Origin: an uncultured Chloroflexia bacterium
GTDB taxonomy: Bacteria > Chloroflexota > Limnocylindria > Limnocylindrales > CSP1-4
Assembly (NCBI GenBank): GCA_963828165.1
Contig: CAWHDR010000001.1
Span: 2,048,001-2,112,000, forward strand
Reading direction: 5' to 3'
Length of the DNA stretch: 64,000 bases
Part shown: positions 21,263 through 31,073 of the stretch, in pieces
Position numbering within the stretch: the stretch's first letter is position 1
Layout of the letters: each line of letters begins with the position of its first letter
Program-made: the position numbers and the translations under genes
The notes under the pieces: generated by a model
Told to the model about the DNA's origin: nothing
What the model saw: only the letters and a program-made list of their open reading frames with translations
The model's database searches: none

Positions 21263-21580
21263 CGTTCGAGTGTACGGCGCGAGGCAGTGCGCCCGAGTCC
21301 GGCATGGACGGATGTCCATGTCGACTTCATGACGGACGCCGAGTGGTATCGAGCATCACCGCGCCTACGTTGTCTCCAGCACGAAACGGACCGCCGGACA
21401 ACGAGACGTTCGACCGGCGGCGCGTCGACCCTCCGGCGGGATGCCGGGCGGCGGCGGAGCCGGCAATCCTGACCGGACGGTGGTCCGACACTGCTGACAA
21501 CTGAAGAACAATCGAATCGCCGCTGACCGCTCGGATGTTTGGGGACGTCGAGCGGTCAAGCGGTGTTCTTGGCTTGGCAT

Positions 21581-21615
21581 ACATGACGGAAGTTGGCAGG
21601 TTCGAAGTCCAGACT
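21581..21615 (+). promoter_or_regulatory. Degenerate copy of the WYL operator plus -10-like CAGACT
   Basis: ACATGACG-N5-TGGCAGGT versus ACATGACA-N5-TGTCATGT (13/16 match). Confidence 0.5.
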
Positions 21616-21621
21616 CCAGGC

Positions 21622-21807
21622 ATGGACCTGATCGAACTGACCCGCACCATCCAGGCACAGAAAGAGCGAGACATCGAAGCGGCAAGCCGCCACCTCCGAC
21701 TGCTGCCGCCCAACGCGTCGGCGGGGCGTCAGGGATGGCGCCAGCGCTGGTTCGGCTCCGGCAGGACGGCTCAGCGTCCGGTCTCGAGCGGGACCGCGTC
21801 GCGGTAG
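21622..21807 (+). CDS. Small basic hypothetical protein (61 aa)
   Basis: MDLIELTRTIQAQKERDIEAASRHLRLL...; plausible leaderless start; 3' end overlaps the WYL gene end. Confidence 0.55.
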   Translation: MDLIELTRTIQAQKERDIEAASRHLRLLPPNASAGRQGWRQRWFGSGRTAQRPVSSGTASR

Positions 21808-22769
21808 CGCTCGACGATCCGATTCGCGGTCGCCAGCACCCGATCCCGGATCTCGGGTGGGTGCAGGACCTGGAGGCCTGACCCGATCGACAGGAGCTTG
21901 CCCGGGACCTCCTCGGGCCAGCTGAGGGTCAGCCGCAGGCGCGTCCAGCCGTCGGGATCGAGCTCGTCCAGTCGCGCCGCTGTCTCGAGCGTTTCCCGTC
22001 CGAAGACGTCCGCGATCCGCCATTCCCGGTCCGAGGGAACGCGGACCGTGACCTCGACCGTCGGGACGTCTCGCTCGTAGGCGGCGCTGGATTCCTGCCA
22101 GTACGCTGCGAGATCGAAGCCGGGCGGGCGTTCGACCCGATCGTCGAGCAGGGTCGCCTCCAGCACGCGCGAGGCGCGATAGGTCCGGATCTGCCCGTCC
22201 GTGATCCCGATCACGTACCACATGCCCCCTTTCAGCACGAGCCCCAGCGGACCGACCGTGCGCTCGACCGGATCGCGTGGGCCGCTGCCGCGTTCGTAGC
22301 TGATCCGGACGGCGCGGCCATCCCAGACTGCCGCCGAGAGCGTCGCGAGGTGGGGCACGGTGTCGTCGGCGTGGAACCACGAGGCGGCGTCGAGGTGGAA
22401 TCGCTCCACGATGCGCGACGCTCGCGACCGCAGCTCCGGTGGCAGCGCGGCCATGACCTTGAGCTGGGCCGCCGCCACGACCGTGCCGAGACCCAATTGC
22501 GCGGCGGGGCCGGGGAGGCCGGCCAGGAACAGGGCCTCGGCCTCGTCCGCGGTCATCCCGGTCAGCCGGGTGCGGTACCCGTCGACGAGCCGGATGCCAC
22601 CGAGCGGGCCGCGCTCCGCGAAGATCGGCACGCCGGCCGCGCTCAGCTCCTCGACATCGCGATGGACGGTTCGGACGGACACCTCGAGCTCGCGCGAGAG
22701 CTCCGCCGCGGTCATGCCGCCACGGCTCTGAAGCAGCAGGAGCAAGTTCACGAGACGGGACGCGCGCAC
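21771..22769 (-). CDS. HTH-WYL-WCX transcriptional regulator (YafY/PafBC family)
   Basis: MRASRL...ELEVSVRTVHRD HTH; PLGLVLKGGMWYV, RTYRASR WYL motifs. Confidence 0.95.
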   Translation of the reverse strand: MRASRLVNLLLLLQSRGGMTAAELSRELEVSVRTVHRDVEELSAAGVPIFAERGPLGGIRLVDGYRTRLTGMTADEAEALFLAGLPGPAAQLGLGTVVAAAQLKVMAALPPELRSRASRIVERFHLDAASWFHADDTVPHLATLSAAVWDGRAVRISYERGSGPRDPVERTVGPLGLVLKGGMWYVIGITDGQIRTYRASRVLEATLLDDRVERPPGFDLAAYWQESSAAYERDVPTVEVTVRVPSDREWRIADVFGRETLETAARLDELDPDGWTRLRLTLSWPEEVPGKLLSIGSGLQVLHPPEIRDRVLATANRIVERYRDAVPLETGR

Positions 22770-22775
22770 GGACGA

Positions 22776-22809
22776 AGTGTAGCGGCGGACATGACAGGAC
22801 TTGTCATGT
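22776..22809 (-). promoter_or_regulatory. Palindromic WYL operator and leaderless promoter
   Basis: Perfect ACATGACA-N5-TGTCATGT at 22789-22809; TACACT -10 lies 6 nt before the GTG. Confidence 0.7.
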
Positions 22810-22824
22810 ACCGATGGTGGTCAC

Positions 22825-23694
22825 CTACGTGCGGGGCTGACCCTCGGTGCCGCCTTCGCGCAGGAAGCGCTCGATCTCTCCGATCAGGTCATCGCCGGAT
22901 GGGAGCCGCTGGTCGTCGACCAGGCCCTCGAGGCGCTGGACGTAGTCCCTGGTGGTCTCCTCGAGGGCGGTCGCGGTGTCCAGGCGGTTGCGAAGCTGTT
23001 CCGCCTCTTCGGCGAGGTCGCCCGCGGGAAGTACCACGTCGAGATGGCGCCCGAGGGCCATGAGCAGCTCGACCGACGCAGCGGGATACGGTCCCGAGAC
23101 GTAATGGGGGACCTGCGCGAAATAGCCGACGGCGGGGATGCCGCCCTCGGCCATGGCCATCTCGAGCACGCTCACCGTCGCCGCCGGCACCCGCAGGAGA
23201 CCGGCCGGTCCCGGTCGCACGTCGCCGCGTAGCCGACCGGCTTCCGACGTGGTCCCAAGGATCGGCACGGAACGGGTATGCGGCACGGCCGCCGGGATCG
23301 CTCCCAGGCTGATCCACTCCACGACGCCCAGGCGATGCGCGATCTCGACGACCGCGTCGCGGAACGCCTGCCACCGGTCGTCGGGTTCCGGACCAGCGAG
23401 GACGAGCAGGTCCCGCTCCGAGACCCGGACTCGCCGGATCGCGAGCTCGGGCCACGTCAGCTCGTCCAGCCGGCCGTCCACGATGTGCAGCGTCGGCCGG
23501 CGGGCACGGTAATCGAACAGCGCATCGGCATCGAAGGTGACGACGACCGGGGCGTCCTCGACGAGGTGGTCGAGGGCGGTCGTGGCGGCGCTGCCGGCAT
23601 CGACCCAGCCATCGAAGGCGCCCACCATGGTGGGCGCGATGAGGTCGCCCGGGTCGCCCGGGGCACCGGGCTTGGCCAGCTCGTACAGGCTCAC
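22825..23694 (-). CDS. PAC2 family protein
   Basis: FDGWVDAG, DYRARRP, GPEPD, VPHTR, AQVPHY. Confidence 0.9.
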   Translation of the reverse strand: MSLYELAKPGAPGDPGDLIAPTMVGAFDGWVDAGSAATTALDHLVEDAPVVVTFDADALFDYRARRPTLHIVDGRLDELTWPELAIRRVRVSERDLLVLAGPEPDDRWQAFRDAVVEIAHRLGVVEWISLGAIPAAVPHTRSVPILGTTSEAGRLRGDVRPGPAGLLRVPAATVSVLEMAMAEGGIPAVGYFAQVPHYVSGPYPAASVELLMALGRHLDVVLPAGDLAEEAEQLRNRLDTATALEETTRDYVQRLEGLVDDQRLPSGDDLIGEIERFLREGGTEGQPRT

Positions 23695-23959
23695 CGCGAC
23701 AGGATACGCGCGGCCACGTTCGGTGCCTCGGCGCCGGAGGTCATCGCCAGGCCCAACGCGTCGCGGGTGGAAAATGCTCGCAGGGGCGGAAACCGTTGCA
23801 CGGCCGTATTCGAGTACGCTCCTCGTGGCAACACCGGTGATTCAGGAATCGACATCGTCTTTGGATCGAAGCTGGGTTGCAGTGACCCATGCGTCTTTGG
23901 CAGATTCCCTGCCGGCCCACCCGGGCATACCCACGCAATTCGCATCGAGGAGGGACACC

Positions 23960-25132
23960 TTGCGGAGGAGTTTCGCGCGGTCGACTCGAGTCACGGCTGC
24001 GCTCGTCATCTCGACCCTGGTCCTGTGGACGTTCGCCCCGGCGGTCTCCGCGGACGACGGCCTGGAGGTCACGACGCCCTTCCCCGCGGTCGCGGTCGCG
24101 CCGGGCACGAAAGTCAGCTTCGATCTGACGGTGGACTCCACGCGCGCGGCCAACGTCTCCCTCGCCTTGAGCGGCGTCCCGGAGGGCTGGACCGCCAGCC
24201 TGCTCGGTGGCGGGTTCGTGGTCGACGCGGTGGCCGTCACCTCGGGCACGGCCTCGGAGGTCCGGCTCGATGTCGACGTCCCCGCGGACGCGGCGGCCGG
24301 CACCTCGACGCTGCGACTCACGGCGCGCGGCGGCGGAGCCCAGGACGTCCTGCAGATCTCCGTCCGAGTCGACGCCGAGGCGGCCGGCGACATCACTTTG
24401 ACGACGTCCACGCCGACCCTCACGGGGGCATCGGACGCCGACTTCACGTTCGACCTGCAGCTCCAGAACGACACGGCCCAGGACGTGACGGTGTCGGTCT
24501 CGGCGAGCGGGCCGGAGGGCTGGGACGTCGAGGCCACGCTGACCGGCGAGACGCAGGCCGCCTCCACGATCGTAGAGGCGGGGGCCTCCCAGAACATCGG
24601 GGTGACCGCCAGCGCCCCCGATGATGTCCCGGCGGGCACCTATCCGATCACGGTCGAGGCGCGGGCCGGCGAACGGACGATCCCGGCCGAACTCGGCATC
24701 GAGGTCACGGGCTCGTATTCCATGGAGCTCGCCACGCCCAACGACGTGCTGTCGGCAAGCGGATCGGCCGGGTCGCCCACGACCCAGGCATTCGAGATCA
24801 CGAATACCGGCACTGCCCCGCTCACGGAGGTGACCCTGACGGCGACCCCGCCGACGAACTGGGAGGTCACGACCGACCCACCCACGGTCGCGTCGATCGA
24901 GCCAGGCGCCACGCAGACGATCACGGCGACCATCACGCCGTCCGGCGAAGCGGTCGCCGGCGACTACGTCATCACCTTCGATGCCGCCGCGGCAGAGGAG
25001 GGCGCCGAGGGTAGCAGCCAGGTCCGCTTCACCGTCGAGACGTCGCCGCTCTGGGCCCTCGTCGGCCTTGGCCTCATCGCTCTGATCGTCGCGGGCCTCT
25101 TCTACGTCTTCCGGACCTACGGGCGCCGATGA
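23960..25132 (+). CDS. NEW3/Ig-like domain membrane protein linked to an ABC transporter
   Basis: Signal peptide, three beta-sandwich repeats (PEGW, NTG...L, GDY), C-terminal TM ending YGRR. Confidence 0.85.
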   Translation: MRRSFARSTRVTAALVISTLVLWTFAPAVSADDGLEVTTPFPAVAVAPGTKVSFDLTVDSTRAANVSLALSGVPEGWTASLLGGGFVVDAVAVTSGTASEVRLDVDVPADAAAGTSTLRLTARGGGAQDVLQISVRVDAEAAGDITLTTSTPTLTGASDADFTFDLQLQNDTAQDVTVSVSASGPEGWDVEATLTGETQAASTIVEAGASQNIGVTASAPDDVPAGTYPITVEARAGERTIPAELGIEVTGSYSMELATPNDVLSASGSAGSPTTQAFEITNTGTAPLTEVTLTATPPTNWEVTTDPPTVASIEPGATQTITATITPSGEAVAGDYVITFDAAAAEEGAEGSSQVRFTVETSPLWALVGLGLIALIVAGLFYVFRTYGRR

Positions 25133-26397
25133 GCGCCAGCCCCGGGCGGATCGCGCCCAAGAAACGGCCGGGCCGCCGACTCGCGGCCGCACCGACGGCT
25201 CCGTCGGGCGGCGTCAGCGGGATCGACGCTCCATCCGACAGCATCCGTATCCGCACGCGCGGGCTTACCAAGCGCTACGACGAACTCGTGGCGGTCGATC
25301 ACCTCGACCTCGACATCCACGCGGGAGAGATCTTCGGGCTGCTGGGCCAGAACGGGGCCGGCAAGACCACGACGATCCTCATGCTGCTCGGTCTGACCGA
25401 GCCCACCTCTGGCGCTGCGCGAGTGGTCGGGCTTGATCCGTCGCGCGGCCCGCTCCAGGTCAAACGGCGGGTGGGCTACATGCCGGACAGCGTCGGCTTT
25501 TACGGCGACCTCACGGGTCGCGAGAACCTGCGCTACACGGCCCGGTTGAATCGCGTACCAGCCGACCTGACGGAGACGACCATCGATGAAGTCCTCGAAC
25601 AGGTGGGGCTGACGGGTCGCGCCGACGACAAGACCGACACGTACTCGCGGGGCATGCTGCAGCGCCTCGGTATCGCGGACGCGCTCGTGAAGGATCCGGA
25701 CGTGCTCATCCTCGATGAGCCCACGACCGCGATCGACCCGCTGGGCGTCACCGAGGTCCTGGAACTCCTGCGACGGCTCGTGCGCGAACGGGGGATGGCC
25801 GTCCTGCTTTCGAGCCACCTGCTCAATCAGGTCCAGAGTGTGTGCGACCGGATCGGGATCTTCGCGGCCGGGAAGCTGATCGGGCAGGGGACCATGGAGC
25901 AGCTCGCGGCCCGCTTCGGCGATGGTCGGCGCGAGGTCGAAGTCGGGCTGGACCTGCCGGAAGGTGCGGACGACAGCCACGCACGCGAGGTCCTGCGGAA
26001 CGTCCCGGGCGTCGAATCCCTTGACGATGGGCCGCGTCCCGGCGACCCCTGGACGCTGACCGTGGCACCTGGCAGCGATCCTGCCGCAGTGCGATCGGCG
26101 GTGCTCGCAGTGGTGGCCGCCGAGGGCCTTCCCCTCGCATCGATCCGCGCGGTCCTCCCGTCGCTCGAGGACGTCTACCGGCGGGCCGTGGCCCGCCCGG
26201 CAACGGCCGGCGCGGCTCGGCCGCGCCCGTCGAACGAGGACGCGCCTGCTGTCGAGGACGCGCCTGCTGCGGATGCGCGCGCGGACCGGCACCGCGTGCC
26301 CGCCGGTGCGCCTCCACCCGTCCGCGTCGTGGCGCCCGACCCGGTCGAGCCGGTCACGCTCCCATCCGATCCGCCCACCCCGGAGGAGAAGCCATGA
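25129..26397 (+). CDS. ABC transporter ATP-binding protein
   Basis: GQNGAGKT, YSRGMLQR, ILDEP, SSH; Pro/Ala-rich tail. Confidence 0.93.
   Translation: MSASPGRIAPKKRPGRRLAAAPTAPSGGVSGIDAPSDSIRIRTRGLTKRYDELVAVDHLDLDIHAGEIFGLLGQNGAGKTTTILMLLGLTEPTSGAARVVGLDPSRGPLQVKRRVGYMPDSVGFYGDLTGRENLRYTARLNRVPADLTETTIDEVLEQVGLTGRADDKTDTYSRGMLQRLGIADALVKDPDVLILDEPTTAIDPLGVTEVLELLRRLVRERGMAVLLSSHLLNQVQSVCDRIGIFAAGKLIGQGTMEQLAARFGDGRREVEVGLDLPEGADDSHAREVLRNVPGVESLDDGPRPGDPWTLTVAPGSDPAAVRSAVLAVVAAEGLPLASIRAVLPSLEDVYRRAVARPATAGAARPRPSNEDAPAVEDAPAADARADRHRVPAGAPPPVRVVAPDPVEPVTLPSDPPTPEEKP
26236..26271 (+). repeat. 18-bp tandem duplication (EDAPAV/EDAPAA) in the ATPase tail
   Basis: GAGGACGCGCCTGCTG repeated with an 18-bp period. 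Confidence 0.8.
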
Positions 26398-27395
26398 CGG
26401 CGGTGACCGCCCCGCGCACGAGGTCGGTCCCGGGATCGGGCTGGACCGTCGTGGCGGCAAAGGAGTTCGGCGACCACCTGCTGTCGGCGCGGTTCTTCGT
26501 GCTCGTCATCGTGCTCGGGCTGGCCGCCGCCATCCCCCTGTATTTCGCGGCGGCCGCGATCCGGGAGGTGGCGTCGGGCGTCACCGACTCCCAGGCCATC
26601 TTCATCGCGCTGTTCTGGTACGCCCCGGACGTCGGCGGCCAAGTCACCCTGCCGGCAGTGACGGGCTTTGTGGCCTATGTCGCGCCGCTGCTCGGCCTGG
26701 CCTTCGCCTTTGACTCGATCAACGGGGAGCGCGCCCAGGGCACGCTGCCGCGGCTCCTCTCGCAGCCGATCCACCGCGACGATGTCGTGAACGGCAAGTT
26801 CCTGGCCGGGCTCGCGGTGATCGGGCTGGTCCTCGTCACGGTCGTCGGCACGATCGCCGCATTCGGGATCATCCGGCTTGGCATCGTGCCGCAGCCGGCC
26901 GAGCTCCTGCGGATCGTGCTCTGGCTGCTGCTGACCTTCGTCTACGTCTCGCTGTGGCTCGCGTTCGGCATGCTCCTGTCGGTCGCAGTTCGCCGAGCCG
27001 CGACGTCAGCGCTCATCGGCTTTGGCGTGTGGGTTCTCCTGACGATTTTCGGCCGACCCATCGTCTCGCTCCTCGGCGGCGTCTTCGCCCCCAGAGGTGC
27101 CACTGCGGAGGAATTCCTCCAGAACAGTGGTATCAGGGAGACACTCTTCCGGCTGCTCCCCGACACCCTCTACCGCGAGGCGTCGCTGACCCTGCTGAAC
27201 CCGCAGGTCACGTCGGTGTCCACGCCGGCCACGATCGGCAGCTACGAGCAGGCGCAGCAGCGCATCCCGTCGCTGCTCTCGCTCGACCAGAGCTTCATCC
27301 TCGTGTGGCCGCAGGTCGTGGGCCTCGTGGCGATGATGGTCGCCTGCTTCGCCCTGGCCTACGTGCTGTTCATGCGCCAGGAGGTCCGGGCCTAG
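26394..27395 (+). CDS. ABC-2 transporter permease
   Basis: FDSINGER..GTL.RLLSQPI.RD...GK motif; multiple TM helices. Confidence 0.92.
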   Translation: MTAVTAPRTRSVPGSGWTVVAAKEFGDHLLSARFFVLVIVLGLAAAIPLYFAAAAIREVASGVTDSQAIFIALFWYAPDVGGQVTLPAVTGFVAYVAPLLGLAFAFDSINGERAQGTLPRLLSQPIHRDDVVNGKFLAGLAVIGLVLVTVVGTIAAFGIIRLGIVPQPAELLRIVLWLLLTFVYVSLWLAFGMLLSVAVRRAATSALIGFGVWVLLTIFGRPIVSLLGGVFAPRGATAEEFLQNSGIRETLFRLLPDTLYREASLTLLNPQVTSVSTPATIGSYEQAQQRIPSLLSLDQSFILVWPQVVGLVAMMVACFALAYVLFMRQEVRA

Positions 27396-27398
27396 CCC

Positions 27399-28004
27399 CT
27401 AGGCCAGCGCCCCGCCCGGCAGCCCGAGCTCCCGCTCGGCCGCGTCCGTCGCCCAGGCCACGACCTCGCCGCGGCTGATCGTGGTCGCGTGGGCCACGAC
27501 CTGGAGCGCGAGGCCGTCCAGCAAGCGACAGGATCCGCCACGCCGCGCTCGCCGGGTCCGGGCAGGTGAACGCCCCGGCCGCCACGCCCCGCCCGATCGT
27601 CCGCTTCCAGCAGGCCCTGCCACTCCAGGTTGAGCCGGCGTGAGGTCGCCTGGACGGCCGGCCGGCGCGCCGCCTCGGCCCACGCGTCGAGCCACAGCTG
27701 GAACGCCCAATCCTTATCGGCCGGCGTGTAGGTCCGGAAGAACACCCGCAGCGCCTCGACTGGCGACGACGCCTCGGCCATGGCGGCCGCCGGACAGCGC
27801 CAGGTCGTGTGCCGCCACCCGCTCGAAGGCGGCCGCGAGCACCTCATCCATCGAATCGAAGTAGTGGTGGATGAGGCCGGACGACGTCCCCATCTCGGCG
27901 GCCACGTCGCGCACCGTCGTGGAGGCCAGGCCCTTGCGCACCGCGACGTCCAGGGCGGCCGCGACGATCGCCTCGCGTCGCTGGTCTGGCGTCATCCGCT
28001 TCAT
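27399..28004 (-). CDS. TetR family regulator (BetI-like C-terminus), interrupted by three +1 frameshifts
   Basis: HTH TTVRDVAAEMGTSSGLIHHYF; continues as LWLDAWAEA and LLDGLALQ in other frames; apparent extra bases near 27790, 27605 and 27523. Confidence 0.8.
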
Positions 28005-28093
28005 GGGCGCGCAGCGTAGAACGATATTGCGCAGACGTCCAATAACGGATATCGTGCCCGGACCACCCGCACGACACGAGGGCCCGTCACGGC

Positions 28094-29294
28094 ATGATCC
28101 GCACCACGCCCTTCCACGAGCGCACGAACGCGCTCAACGAGACGCAACTGTGGAGCCACTGGTCCGGCTACCTCGCCGCGGACCGCTACCAGATGTCGGA
28201 CAAGATGGAGTACTTCGCGGTCCGCAACGCCGCGGGCCTGTTCGACTCGAGTCCGCTGTACAAGTACCGCATCACCGGCAAGGACGCAGAAGCCTTCCTC
28301 GCCGGCGTCCTCGCCCGCGACATCCGAGCGTGTCCACCAGGGGGGGCCCAGTACACCTGCTGGCTCGACGATCGCGGCTTCGTCATCGAGGACGGGGTCA
28401 TCCTCCACACCGCGAAAGACGAGTACCTGCTGACGAGCGCCGAACCCAACTTCGCCTATTTCGCCGACCGCATCGGGCGCCACGACGTCTCGATCGAGGA
28501 GGTGAGCGACGACATCGGGACGCTCGCTCTCCAGGGCCCGCGCTCGCGCGACCTGCTCAAGCGACTCGTTCCGCAGATGGAGAAGATCCCGTACTTCGGT
28601 GTGGCGAAGGGCGAGATCGGCGGGGCGGGCGTGACCGTCAGCCGGACCGGCTACAGCGGCGACCTCGGCTACGAGGTCTGGGTGGACACGCCGGATGCGC
28701 TGCACGTCTGGGACACGCTGTGGGACTCGATGGAGGGCCACGGCGTCCTGCCGTTCGGGCTCGCCGCCCTCTACATGCTCCGCATCGAGGCCGGGTCTGC
28801 TGCTCCTCGACGCCGATTTCGACTCGAGCCGCTTCGCCTGGAACGATTCGCACCGATCGAGCCCGATCGAGCTCGGCTGGTCGTGGATGTTCAAGGACCT
28901 CAAGTCGGACGATCGGGCGTTCATCGGCCGCAAGGCGCTCGAGCGCGAGATCGGCGACAAGACCTCGCGCTGGGCGATGCGCGGCCTCATCGTCGATTGG
29001 CGGGACTACGATCGGGTCTACAACGAGGCCGGGCTCATCCCGCCCAAGGACCACGCGCCGGTCCAGGAGGACTGGATGTGCTACGACGACGACTACCAGC
29101 GTGTCGGCTATGCCACGAGCTTCATGTACTCGCCGATGCTCCAGCGCCACATCGCCATCGCCCGCATCCGCCCGGACCTCGCCAAACTCGGGACCAAGGT
29201 GAACCTGGAGTTCACGGTCGACCACCACTACGAGCAGGTCGCGGCGCACGTCGCGCGGCTGCCGCTCTACAACCCTGAGCGAAAGACGGCCTGA
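28094..29294 (+). CDS. Aminomethyltransferase (GcvT-family folate-binding), +1 frameshift near 28794
   Basis: TTPFH, LFDSSPL, LQGPRS, SRTGYSGDLGYE, RIEAG continuing as LLLLD in the next frame. Confidence 0.88.
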
Positions 29295-29295
29295 C

Positions 29296-31000
29296 ATGAC
29301 GACGACGATCCCGACCCGGAAGCGCCCGACCACCAAGCGCCCCGCATCGACGGCGCCTCCGAAGGGCTCGAAGTCGACGACCGGATCGACGAAGACCAGC
29401 TCACGTGGCGATCGGACCTACGACGCCATCGTGGTCGGTGGCGGCCACAACGGCCTGGTCAACGGCGCCTACCTCGCGAAGGCCGGCCTCAAGACGCTGA
29501 TCATCGAGCGTCGCCACCTCGTCGGCGGTGCGGCCATCACCGAGGAGCTGCGCCCGGGTTTCTGGTTCACGACGTTCTCGTATGCGCTGTCGCTGTTGCG
29601 GCCGGACATCATCCACGACCTGGAGCTGACCAAGCACGGCTTCATGCCCCTGCTGATGTCGACGCTCCTGGCCCCCGGCGAGAACGGCGATTACCTGCTG
29701 TTCACCCAGGACCACAACCAGAACCTCAAGGAGATCGCGCGGCACTCCAAGCACGACGCCGACGCGTACGACCAGTACACCCACGACATCGAGATGGTCT
29801 GCCAGGCCATCAAGCCCCTGCTCGACATGGTCCCGCCCGACATCTTCAGCGACGACCCGGAGGAGCTGATGGCGCTGGCCGGCCTGGGCTCGCGCTTCCG
29901 CAAGCTCGACAAGCGGGTGCTCCATAACGCGGTCCGGCTGCTGACCGGCAGCGCCGCGGACTTCCTCGACGACTACTTCGACTCGGAGCTGCTCAAGGGC
30001 TACCTTGCCTCGCTCGAGCATCATCGGCACGAAGGTCGGGCCGCGCTCGCAGGGTTCGGGACTCGTGCTGCTCTACCACTCGATCGGGGAGCACGACGGC
30101 GAGTTCGGGTCGTGGGCCTTCCACAAGAAGGGCAACGGCGGGTTCACCCAGGTGCTGGCGCGCGCGGCCGAGTCCTACGGCGCGGAGATCATCCTGGAAT
30201 CGCCTGTCGACAGCGTCATCACCAAGAACGGTCGGACGACCGGTGTCGCCCTGGCCGACGGCACGGAGTACTACGCCGATACCGTCGTCAGTGCCCTGGA
30301 CCCCCGCCGGACGTTCCTCGAGCTCGTCAACCCGCGCGAGCTGCCGGACGACCTCGTCGAGAACATCCAGCGGTTCCGCTTCCAGGGAACCTCGTCAAAG
30401 GTGAACTTCGCCCTCGATGGGATCCCGAACTTCCCGCCCCTCGGCCAGAAGCCGGACCACTTCCGCGGGTTCACGAACATCGGGCCGTCGATGGACTACC
30501 TCGAGCGCGCCTTCGACGACGCGAAGTACGGCTGGTACAGCCAGAACCCATACATCGACATGGCCATCCAGTCGACCATCGACGCCGACATGGCCCCGCC
30601 CGGCAAGCACGTCCTGAGCTGTTTCATCCAGTACACGCCGTACCAGCTGCGCGAGAGCGATTGGGACACCGAGAAGGAGAATCTCGGTGACACCGTCCAG
30701 CGCACCCTCGAGCGGTTCTTCCCGGGCTTCGGCGACCTCGTGCTCCAGCGGGAGGTGCGCACGCCGCTCGACATCGAGCGGACGGTCGGCCTGTCCGAGG
30801 GCAACATCTTTGCCGGCGAGTTCTTCGCACCGCAGATGTTCTTCTTCCGGCCGGCACCGGGCTGGAGCCAGTACCGCACGCCGATCGACGGCTACTACCA
30901 GTGCGGCTCGGGCACGCACCCCGGCGGCTGCGTCATGGGCGCGCCGGGCAAGCTCGCGGCCGGCCAGATCCTCAAGGACCGGGCAAAGACCCGCGCGTAG
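29296..31000 (+). CDS. Phytoene dehydrogenase-like FAD oxidoreductase (COG1233), +1 frameshift near 30013
   Basis: GGGHNGL, ERRHLVGGA, APPGKH, TPLDIE, GSGTHPGGCVMGAPG. Confidence 0.88.
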
Positions 31001-31019
31001 ATCCGTCCGGGCATGGAAA

Positions 31020-31051
31020 CGCCCGCCCGGCACTGCGATGTCGAGCGGGCG
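31020..31051. terminator. Stem-loop between convergent genes
   Basis: CGCCCGCCCGGCA/TGTCGAGCGGGCG imperfect stem. Confidence 0.45.
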
Positions 31052-31073
31052 CTGCCCAGGAGTGTTCGGTGGG

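Noticed and set aside
21481-21612. Y-RNA/tRNA-like hints (TGGTCCGA at 21481; GGTTCGAAGTCC near 21599)
   Set aside because: The T-stem does not pair beyond 2 bp, there is no cloverleaf, and no Ro60 or rtcB gene is in the window.
28094-29294. True gcvT of the glycine cleavage system
   Set aside because: No gcvH or gcvP adjacent and the sequence is divergent; gene symbol withheld.
29296-31000. crtI carotenoid gene under CarH control
   Set aside because: No crtB or crtE nearby, it is coupled to a GcvT-like gene, and I saw no TnnACA operator; it fits the non-carotenoid COG1233 group.
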